This document shows positions 1 through 8,100 of a stretch of 8,455 nt of DNA, piece by piece. Location: positions 1 through 8,455 of the forward strand of contig CAYRPF010000105.1 of assembly GCA_964426185.1 (NCBI GenBank), in the 5' to 3' direction. This DNA is from an uncultured archaeon. GTDB taxonomy: Archaea > Asgardarchaeota > Lokiarchaeia > Sigyniarchaeales > Promethearchaeaceae. How positions within the stretch are numbered: the stretch's first letter is position 1; each line of letters begins with the position of its first letter. The notes under the pieces are model-generated. The model was not told the DNA's origin and made no database searches. It saw only the letters and a program-made list of their open reading frames with translations. The position numbers were made by a program, and so were the translations under genes.

Positions 1-51
1 TCAATAGCATTTGAATTAGAAGAAAAAAGAAATAATATTTACGAGTTTTGA
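1..51 (+). CDS. Possible 3' end of an upstream gene (SIAFELEEKRNNIYEF*), product unknown
   Basis: Frame +1 is open from base 1 to TGA at 49-51 and is followed by a T9 tract at 73-81. Only 16 codons are visible, so it cannot be identified. Confidence 0.35.
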   Translation, partial: SIAFELEEKRNNIYEF

Positions 52-72
52 AAGATTGTAGGTGCTATTAAA

Positions 73-81
73 TTTTTTTTT
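73..81 (+). terminator. Oligo-T tract, candidate archaeal intrinsic terminator
   Basis: Nine consecutive T starting 22 nt after the TGA at 49-51. The region is AT-rich, so specificity is limited. Confidence 0.35.
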
Positions 82-188
82 ATTATAATGAAAAATTCAT
101 TGAACCATTTTCTAAGGATTTGATTTAGTATTCATAAAAAATTTATTTAAAATCAACGAATCTAAAGAATTAAACGGTGATAGAAGCC

Positions 189-193
189 AAAAA
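189..193 (-). terminator. T5 tract just downstream of tRNA-Thr
   Basis: Minus strand reads ...CCA TA TTTTT GGC directly after the tRNA 3' end. Confidence 0.4.
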
Positions 194-195
194 TA

Positions 196-271
196 TGGAG
201 CCAGTAAAGGGGATTGAACCCTTGACCTGCTGATTACAAGTCAGCCGCTATAGCCACTAAGCCATACTGGC
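196..271 (-). tRNA. tRNA-Thr: tRNA-Thr (anticodon UGU), intronless, CCA encoded
   Basis: Reverse complement GCCAGTATGGCTTAGTGGCTATAGCGGCTGACTTGTAATCAGCAGGTCAAGGGTTCAATCCCCTTTACTGGCTCCA (76 nt). Acceptor stem GCCAGTA/TACTGGC, anticodon arm GCTGA-CTTGTAA-TCAGC, T loop TTCAATC, discriminator U, then CCA. Confidence 0.98.
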
Positions 272-327
272 AGTATCTGGTAATAATCTAAAAGTGTTTT
301 TAAGTGAGGGTAATAACATTTCAGAGC

Positions 328-341
328 ATTAAAAATTTTTG
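328..341 (-). promoter_or_regulatory. Candidate BRE/TATA promoter for tRNA-Thr
   Basis: Minus strand CAAAAATTTTTAAT is an A-rich BRE-like stretch followed by TTTTAA, about 57-70 nt upstream of the mature tRNA. An alternative TTAAAAA lies at 297-303. Confidence 0.35.
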
Positions 342-457
342 ATATAACTGCTGAATGTGGGAATCCCAATAAGCCACACCAATTTGCTTTTAAAATTACC
401 CTCAAGTTCTTCATAAGGTACGCACTTATATCTTTGGAAGTTCATATATATCTTAAG

Positions 458-2695
458 ATGCGTCGGGGACGGAATTTTGTGTTCACCCAAAAATTGAGTA
501 AATTGAGAATTAGAAAGTTCATAGGGCTTTTTATTGGTTTAGTTTTAATCAGTAGTGCTATAATAGGGCTTTTTGGCACAATTCCAATATTATTTAGACC
601 AAAATCAAGTACAAAGGAGCAAAGCAGCATACAGAGTGCATCTTCTCCCGTATCGGCATCAGATTTGATTGCTAGTGTTGCAACTTCGGAGGATGTTTGG
701 AGTGTTGAGGATTACGACATGATTTTTGTGATACCTCCAGATCATCCAGAATTCAAACCGGTTGCGGAGGAGTTTGCCGCTTGGAAAGCAGAATTGGGAT
801 ATCATGTTCTTATATTAGACAACTATACTTCTTATTTAGGTCGTGATAATGCCGAAAAGCTCCGTAATGCCTTAATATCCTATTATAATCGTTTTAATCT
901 ACAATGGTTGTTGATAATGGGCGACACAGAATTAATTCCCATTCGCTATATTTACAATCCCGATGGAGTTATTGTAGACGATCATGAAGCCGTGGGCAGT
1001 GCTTATTTGAAACCTACCGATTTCTATTATGCTGATTTGACTGGTGATTGGAATATTGATGGGGACAGTAATTGGGGTGAAGATGGCAAATATAATTCTC
1101 TCAATGGAGAACCTGAAGTAGATTATTATCCCGAATTATATGTAGGGCGTTTTCCGGTAGACAATGTCGTTGAACTGGAACAAATGATGGAGAAGACCAT
1201 GCATTACGAAAAAGCCTTGACTACTGGGGATTGGATGCATCGATATTTGGCGATTTCTGGAATTTCTGATCCAGCCAGCCAATTTTCTGATGATAAAGAC
1301 GGTGAAGATGAAGCCATACTCAACCAATATATCTTGGATAATTTTGTGCAAGATCAAATGGAATGGCGCCACTTAGAAGAACACACTTCGGCTTATATTC
1401 CGCCCGATGACCCTCGAATTGAACCTCTAACTAAATCTGGGGTGATTGATGCAATTAACCAAGGACAAGCCATAATTGTTTACGCCGGACACGGAAGCCC
1501 CACTTCATTTTTTTCGGCTAATGCATTAAGCACCACGGATATACCTTCCTTAACCAATTTCAATAAAACAGCCTTTCTATATGCTGATGCATGCTCGACT
1601 AACGCCTTTGATGTTGATTCACCCCAATCATTAGGTGAAAGTTTCGTTAAGGCAAATAATAGCGGTGGTATAGGTTATGTGGGTTCCATGCGAATTTCAT
1701 GGTATTATCCCAACGATACTGCCTTAGAACAGGATAATCGCGGTTTGTTGAAACTGTTTATGCAGCAAATGTTTGAAAAGGGAATGTTTCAGCAAGGAAA
1801 AGCCTTATATGAATCAAAAATTGCCTATGTTGAGAGTGACTGGTTTCAATTGGTAAATAAAACAGAAGATTTTAATTACTTTGAAATGGAGCGCAAGTCA
1901 CTCTTTTCTTACATGTTGTTGGGAGATCCATCCGTTGATATTTATACCAATACGCCCCACAATTTTATATCTTTATCCACTCCTGGTTTAGTTAAATCTC
2001 CATATCAAGGAGCAAGTTCAATCATTAAACTTCAAGATACAAATGGAATTCCGATTCCGTACGGGCGAATTGTGATAGAAGATCCCGAAGGACGAACAAA
2101 AACTTTCGTTGCAGATGAAAACGGAACTGTTACCGTTATTTTTCCAAAAAATGCTTCTTGGGTGTCATATTCTTTAATTGGTCACAATATGCAGAAACTC
2201 TTTGGAAATATAACCCTTGAAATCGATTCACAACCACCAAATATCGCTTATCCACTACAATACAATCCAAATCAAATAGTTTTTGGAGAATCGGTTTCCT
2301 TCTCAATAGGGGTATTGGATGCAGAATCAGGTGTGGAAAAAGTCTGGCTTTTAAGCAGTAAGGATAATTTTACCACTTCTTCCTGGCAGATTTATCAAAT
2401 GAAACCTCGTTATGAAAATAGTTCAGAATATTGCGTTTCGATAATTTTTGAAAATTTGACAACTTTTAATTTGGTAACTGTTATTCAAGATCGAGTAGGT
2501 AATTGGATTGCAACTTATCCTAATGAAGTATTAACCATTACCGTCGAAACCCCTCCCATTGTTTTTATATTAATATGTTTGGCTGGATTTGGGGTTGTTA
2601 TTCCTGTTGCCGTTGCTATCTTTAGCTTATTATATTTTCGTAATCATCGAAAGCAAAAAATAACTTCCAGCAAAGGAAATCTCTTTATAATATGA
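458..2695 (+). CDS. C25 family (gingipain-like, clan CD) cysteine peptidase, membrane-anchored and probably extracellular
   Basis: C25 motifs FAAWK..G, LLIMGD..IP, PTDFYYA, PELYVGRFP, catalytic YAGHG (His353, nt 1490) and DAC (Cys387, nt 1592; numbering from the 434 start), and LLGDPS. Hydrophobic segments at about 518-595 and 2558-2638. Start is uncertain: TTG 434 in the track, but ATG 458 or GTG 479 fit better with TATA-like elements at 425-431 and 445-450. Confidence 0.9.
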   Translation: MRRGRNFVFTQKLSKLRIRKFIGLFIGLVLISSAIIGLFGTIPILFRPKSSTKEQSSIQSASSPVSASDLIASVATSEDVWSVEDYDMIFVIPPDHPEFKPVAEEFAAWKAELGYHVLILDNYTSYLGRDNAEKLRNALISYYNRFNLQWLLIMGDTELIPIRYIYNPDGVIVDDHEAVGSAYLKPTDFYYADLTGDWNIDGDSNWGEDGKYNSLNGEPEVDYYPELYVGRFPVDNVVELEQMMEKTMHYEKALTTGDWMHRYLAISGISDPASQFSDDKDGEDEAILNQYILDNFVQDQMEWRHLEEHTSAYIPPDDPRIEPLTKSGVIDAINQGQAIIVYAGHGSPTSFFSANALSTTDIPSLTNFNKTAFLYADACSTNAFDVDSPQSLGESFVKANNSGGIGYVGSMRISWYYPNDTALEQDNRGLLKLFMQQMFEKGMFQQGKALYESKIAYVESDWFQLVNKTEDFNYFEMERKSLFSYMLLGDPSVDIYTNTPHNFISLSTPGLVKSPYQGASSIIKLQDTNGIPIPYGRIVIEDPEGRTKTFVADENGTVTVIFPKNASWVSYSLIGHNMQKLFGNITLEIDSQPPNIAYPLQYNPNQIVFGESVSFSIGVLDAESGVEKVWLLSSKDNFTTSSWQIYQMKPRYENSSEYCVSIIFENLTTFNLVTVIQDRVGNWIATYPNEVLTITVETPPIVFILICLAGFGVVIPVAVAIFSLLYFRNHRKQKITSSKGNLFII

Positions 2696-2738
2696 TTAAT
2701 ACTTTGAATTCGAGAAACAATATAGCGAATATCTCATT

Positions 2739-2745
2739 AGGTGGA
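2739..2745 (+). promoter_or_regulatory. Shine-Dalgarno-like site for the 2751 ORF
   Basis: AGGTGGA ends 5 nt before GTG 2751 and resembles the archaeal SD consensus GGAGGTGA. Confidence 0.5.
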
Positions 2746-2750
2746 TTCTT

Positions 2751-3371
2751 GTGCAAAATACGAAGTCATTTCTTGATTATTTTTTATACGCTGCTGGAGT
2801 TGGGTTAAGTTTATATTTGTACTTTATGGTTGATGCCTTTTGGGGGATTATATCGATTTTTTCGGTTACCATTTTATTATTAATTTATCTACTATTTACG
2901 ACTCCCGGGACATTAATAAGAATCAAATATCCCCCTCTTATTAAAACGCTTCAAAAAACCAACTTAATCACGGAACAAGATCTTCAAACTAAAATCAACT
3001 GGCCCGCCCTGAAGCTTCATCGTGCCTTGTATGAAATCGCCAAAACTTGGAATCTCTGCCCTTTGATTTTGTTGAATAAGAAGCAATATTTTTACATTTC
3101 TGCCTCAATTATGGAAGAAATAATACCAAAAGTACACGAAATATTTACTGTCTCTTCAAAAGCCTCTAATATAAAGATAGTACGCGCCCAGTTGGTTGGC
3201 CAAATAACCAAGCAATATCCTTTCTTAACCCGTCAGCAAGTTGAAATTGTGGTGGCACATCTTCAGCGTCAAATGGAGAAATTTCCTAAAAAATGGGAAC
3301 AAGTATGCAAAAATGGTAGTGAAAATAATCCCAAAAATAAAATAAAATGGATCAATAAGTTGTTTTCTTAA
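2751..3371 (+). CDS. Hypothetical membrane protein with two N-terminal TM helices and a basic soluble domain
   Basis: 206 aa ORF filling the gap between two genes, with an SD-like site. Hydrophobic stretches FLYAAGVGLSLYLYFMV and FWGIISIFSVTILLLIYLLF. No family recognised. Confidence 0.75.
   Translation: MQNTKSFLDYFLYAAGVGLSLYLYFMVDAFWGIISIFSVTILLLIYLLFTTPGTLIRIKYPPLIKTLQKTNLITEQDLQTKINWPALKLHRALYEIAKTWNLCPLILLNKKQYFYISASIMEEIIPKVHEIFTVSSKASNIKIVRAQLVGQITKQYPFLTRQQVEIVVAHLQRQMEKFPKKWEQVCKNGSENNPKNKIKWINKLFS
3333..3347 (-). terminator. T-rich tract after the nadE stop, inside the opposite-strand ORF
   Basis: Minus strand TTTTATTTTATTTTT starts 5 nt after the nadE TGA (3354-3352). Confidence 0.4.
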
Positions 3372-5112
3372 GAACGGGGATTTTTCGGCCCGAACCAAAT
3401 GTTTTTTTATTAACTTTTATGGTTTGAGCAATTTGTGCCCTTTTAAATTCTGAATGAGTATATAAATGTTCTACTCGAGTAACTAATTCAGGATCTTTCC
3501 CCATTCTGATAATTTCTCGAGGTGAGTATCCTTCATCTATCCGTAATTTCAAAATTTCATCCAAAATTGGATATGGAGGAAGATTATCTTCATCTTTTTG
3601 ATTTTCTTTCAATTCAGCTGAAGGTGGTTTAGTAATTATCGCAGAAGGTATAATTTCATGTTCTCGGTTTATCCATCCTACTACTTTATATAATTGTGTT
3701 TTGTAGAGGTCTCCCGGGACATTTTTTCCTCCATTAGTATCGCCGTAAAGTGTGCAGTATCCTGTAGCTATTTCTGATTTATTGCCCGTAGAAACCAGAA
3801 GTGCCCGAAATTTATTCGTATAATACATTAAAATGAGACCTCGCAAACGAGATTGGAGATTTTGGTTGGCTAATTCTGTGTCATTATCAGTCGAAGGTGC
3901 ATTAAATATTGTGTCAAATTGTTTGCTTAACTGCTTATGGGCTTCTTTGATTGGAAAGATATAATAGCAAATGTTTAAATTCTTACAGAGCACAATCGAA
4001 TCTTCGATTGATCCTTTTGAAGAATATTTTGAAGGCATTAAAACCGCGATAACTTTATCAGATCCAACTGCTTGAGCTGCTATATATGCAGTAAATGCTG
4101 AATCAATACCACCGCTTAGGCCTAAGACAATTTGGGAAAAGACCCCCGTTTTATAGTAATAATCTCTTAAATTCATAACAAGAGCTTCGCAAATTTCTTG
4201 CTCTTCTGTGTAAAGATTATCGATGGAATTTTCCGGGATTAGAACCATATCCGAATGTAAAATGTTCGAAGATATCTTTGGAATTATTGTAGGTATCTCA
4301 AGTTTCGGGAGATATGATGGGGAGACGTAGGAAAAAAGTTGCTGTCGCATATTATAATCTACTACCATCACAGATTCTCGGCAAAAGGGTGCTCGGAGAA
4401 CAATCTCACCGAGAGAATTAGTGATAAATGAACGACCATCGAAAACCAACTCATCTTGGCCGCCTATTGCGTTCAAATAGATTATTGGGATTTTAAACTT
4501 CACGGCCTTCTTTGCCACTAACTGTTCTCTTGCTTTCTGTTTTCCAATATAGTAAGGGGAACCATTTATTGAAATGATTAAATGTGCTCCATTTTTTACT
4601 AAGTTTGCAGCAACATCCACTTGGTAGTCATGATCCCATAAATCTTCACAAATTGCAATCCCGGTTTGAATTTCTAAAAGATCAATTGGTGTATAGTCTG
4701 TGCCAGACCAGAAATACCTTTTTTCGTCGAAAACATCATAGGTGGGCGTCAACCGTTTTGAAATAGTTGCCTGAATGTGACCATTTGAAAGAATGTAAGC
4801 ATTATTTTGATAACGGGGATGATGCGAAGGATTTTTTTCTTTCCCAAAACCTCCAATAATAATAATCATTTTTGGGAATTTTTCTGCAATTTTCTGCAAA
4901 CTGGCTTGTTCTGATTCAAAAAAGTCACGATCAAAAATTAAATCCTTGATTGGATATCCAGGAAGTGACATTTCTGGAAATATTACACAATTCACTTGGG
5001 AATTCTGGGCAAAATCACATACCGAAATTATTTTTTGCTCGTTTCCTACAATATCTCCTACCCGGAAATTTAATTGGGCTAATAAAAATCGGCAACCATC
5101 TTCGGCAACCAT
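3352..5112 (-). CDS. nadE: Glutamine-dependent NAD+ synthetase (nitrilase-fold glutaminase domain plus synthetase domain)
   Basis: Glu-Lys-Cys triad contexts FPEM, SKRLTPTYDVFDEKRYF and ICEDLW, plus GGQDELVFDG. Synthetase motifs LGLSGGIDS, NLQSRLRG, TGNKSE..GYCTLYGD, PPSAEL..Q.D, and SEFKR.Q. Confidence 0.97.
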   Translation of the reverse strand: MVAEDGCRFLLAQLNFRVGDIVGNEQKIISVCDFAQNSQVNCVIFPEMSLPGYPIKDLIFDRDFFESEQASLQKIAEKFPKMIIIIGGFGKEKNPSHHPRYQNNAYILSNGHIQATISKRLTPTYDVFDEKRYFWSGTDYTPIDLLEIQTGIAICEDLWDHDYQVDVAANLVKNGAHLIISINGSPYYIGKQKAREQLVAKKAVKFKIPIIYLNAIGGQDELVFDGRSFITNSLGEIVLRAPFCRESVMVVDYNMRQQLFSYVSPSYLPKLEIPTIIPKISSNILHSDMVLIPENSIDNLYTEEQEICEALVMNLRDYYYKTGVFSQIVLGLSGGIDSAFTAYIAAQAVGSDKVIAVLMPSKYSSKGSIEDSIVLCKNLNICYYIFPIKEAHKQLSKQFDTIFNAPSTDNDTELANQNLQSRLRGLILMYYTNKFRALLVSTGNKSEIATGYCTLYGDTNGGKNVPGDLYKTQLYKVVGWINREHEIIPSAIITKPPSAELKENQKDEDNLPPYPILDEILKLRIDEGYSPREIIRMGKDPELVTRVEHLYTHSEFKRAQIAQTIKVNKKTFGSGRKIPVLKKTTY

Positions 5113-5133
5113 AATAGAAAATAAGCAAAAAAA

Positions 5134-8100
5134 TCAGAAAAAATTTTCGAGTTTTTTGATTCCTTGAATTTCTTGATAATTAATACCCAAAGGATCTAAA
5201 ATTTGTTCGAATGTACTCTTAACTAATTCCTTATACTTCGCTACATCTATATCATCTAAAGACGCTTGACTAACTGGTTTTACTCCCTCAGATGAACGTG
5301 TTTTAACGAAACTAATAAAGCTTCCCGGACCTAAATTTGCTAATTCTTTTCCTCGTAACATTTTGGCCGCTTTAACATGCTGAGGGGAAGTTTTTGTATA
5401 AGTTCTTATCTCACGCCTTATTATAACTGTAATCGCGTAATCTTCTATCTTAAATCCTCCATTTTCAGGAGGTTTACCAATTGCTTTAAGTGTAGATCGA
5501 ATGATATGGATGATTTTTTTCTTTTTTTGGTTAAATGTTGCAAGGTCGGTAATTTGTACCAGTTCATCTTGCACTTCTTTAAATTTCTTCTTGATAAATT
5601 CTGGAGTATTATACTTCTTTACCATTAAACCCTTAAGATCTACTTGTTCTCCCCCAGTTCTGACTCCGATATAATTTTTTTTCCGTTCGGATAATCCGAG
5701 AAATTGATAGGTTTTTTCCAATTCTAAATCAAGATCTAAGTCAGCTTTTGACCATTTTACAAGTTCTTGAACTTGTGTTTCATTTGGATTTAATAAAAAG
5801 ACTGAATCTGTGTCTCCATAAAGGACTTTAATATCCATACTTTCAGATTTTTTAATGGTTTGATGAATAGAGTAACGACCTAAAGCGGTGGTAGCTTCTG
5901 CAACTGGCCGAAAGTATAAGTTAAAATTAGGGCTTCCGAACACTCCATATGCACCATTAATGAAAACTTTTAAAGCGCTTGTCATAACACTGGCTGCTTG
6001 TCGATCTTTAGGTGAAATAGATGGATCATTAGAAATGGGTTTAAAATAATTTACGCGCACATCCCGCAGATATCCTACTACTTTTGCAAAAATACCCATA
6101 CGTTTAGTACATACCCAGTAATTTATTTCTGGTAGCTTGTTCTTTTTACATTCTGGGTGCAGACAGTTGATCGTTTCATAAGAGAGATTACGCGTTTTGA
6201 TCGTGGTAGGATAAAGGCTTGAAAAATCCAATACTGCGACTTTGAAGTGGATACCAGGAACTGGATCAATCACATAGGCTCCTTGAAATTTCTCAGCATT
6301 TGATCTATTGAAACCTCCTCTTTCTTCTAATTCTGACATACGGGGAACTAAGTAATTCATTCGGCGGTGTTCTGTGAGTAACAATGATTTTATCCACGCA
6401 GAAATTTGCAGACGGTATAAATCTTGAAAAGGTAAACGCGTAACCCGCATTAAAACTACCAATAAATTCCACATTAAATTATTGTTAAATGTGGTCAATT
6501 CCAAGGTTAAAATAGAATCCATCATATTATAGTGGATTAAAGAAGCCAAACTCATGTCTCCAATTAGTGTACCTTCATGTTTTACCTTTCCTTCACCTAG
6601 TAAGCTACTCGCAATATCTTCCAACGAATTTTTAAGATAAGCGCCTCCAAAAGCATATCCTTTAATGCTTCTATTGGCAAAAAATTGAAAAATATCCAGA
6701 TGTAAACTTTGTTTATAATCTGTGTTGCGTGAAACCATTCCACCACCACGAGATGTTAAAATTGGGTTCAAAGTTTCATCGATTTTGAGCCTTCTGGCAC
6801 GATGGTAGAGATAGGAGTTGTCGAAATTATCTCCATTAAAAGTGATTACAATTGGATATTCCCAGATTTTTCTAAATGTTTCAATTATCAGATCTTTTTC
6901 TGATTTGAAGAAAATTACTTCTACATTTTTAGGAAAACTTTCCGGAAATGTTCCCTCTTGTAAATCAGTTCTATCTAAACAGTAGACCATTCTCAGTCCG
7001 TCAGTAGCTGCGAAAGACACACTGATAACTTTATATTTTGAGAGGGTCGGATCAGGAAGTCTTCCATCTTCCGTATCTTCTACTTCGATATCAAAGGCCA
7101 TCCGCTTTAAAGAAGGAATTGGAGAAGAAAAAATTGGATGATATACATCTGCCATTGCTTGAATCTCTGGGGCTTCATTTTGAAAAACTTGATGGAGTTT
7201 CTGGTCTAAGGAAGGATCTAATTGAGGATCCAAGGGAATTACATTTCCATTTACAATTTTGTATCGCATTCCTGGAATGAGATTATTATCATAGATAAAA
7301 CTATGATGATACCGAATATTTGCTTCCCAAGCTCCATCCAGCAATGCCTTGATTCCTTGGCTGCCTCCAATATCTGTGGGCGTTTTTCCATAAATTTTTG
7401 TAACCGATATTTCTTGATCTGCTAAAAGATCATACTTTTTTACCGTTTCCATTCCATCATATCCCGGAAAGGATATTAAATTATTATTCATTTCCAAAGT
7501 TGATTTTTGATCTTTATGGAAACAATATGGATGATGATTGGTTGTGTCAATCCAGATTTTTATCTTATTATCGCTGAAATCATAAAATTTAGCAAAAGCT
7601 TTGTTCAGATCTCCGTCATATTCCACTGTAAGCAGTAAACCATCCTGTAGATTTCTAATTATTTTATTTTCGCTTTTTAGAAGTCGTAGGTGATAAGATT
7701 TCTGACTTTCTTTAGAATGTCTGGGGTATTGATTTTTTAGGGGATAATCTCCAAAATCTAATTCGACATTTTCCAGAAATACTTTTTTCAGTTTGGTTTG
7801 TTTTTGAACTTCTTTTTTTAGTTTTGTTATTTCGGGGGAGTGCGGTAATTTGACTTCCTTTTTTATTGATTTTGATGTTTCTGTTGGTTCTATTGTTTTT
7901 TCTATGTTATTTTCTGTTTTAATTGCCTTTTCTTCTGTTTTTTTTGGCTTTGATGTACTTTTTTTTCTTTTTATGGGTGGTTGAATATCTTCTTCATTTT
8001 TAGTACTTTTAATCTTATGATTATTAGATTTCTGTTTCGATGTAATTTGGGATAAGTCTGTTATTGGGTTAGATTTTTGTTTACTCTTTTCTTTCTTAAC

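Noticed and set aside
1-271. tRNA-Thr as an integration site for a mobile element
   Set aside because: I saw no integrase or duplicated tRNA 3' end in the window. Sequence to the left would be needed to exclude it.
262-280. Inverted repeat ATACTG-G-CAGTAT spanning the tRNA 5' end and leader
   Set aside because: It would form only a 5-bp AT-rich stem with a 3-nt loop, too weak to compete with the acceptor stem.
434-457. TTG 434 as the peptidase start
   Set aside because: It sits among the TATA-like elements and has no SD. ATG 458 or GTG 479 fit promoter spacing better.
442-630. 62 aa minus-strand ORF
   Set aside because: Antisense to the peptidase N-terminus with no recognisable motif, so a shadow ORF.
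1136-1372. 78 aa minus-strand ORF
   Set aside because: Lies wholly antisense to the conserved C25 domain.
2693-2707. Selenocysteine recoding at the peptidase TGA
   Set aside because: Another in-frame TGA follows after three codons, there is no redox motif, and I saw no SECIS-like hairpin.
4584-5167. Plus-strand ORFs 4584-4766 and 4946-5167
   Set aside because: Antisense to nadE and the polB end, short, with non-ATG starts and no motifs.
5377-7425. Plus-strand ORFs 5377-5628, 7038-7280 and 7222-7425
   Set aside because: Antisense to conserved polB regions with no independent support.
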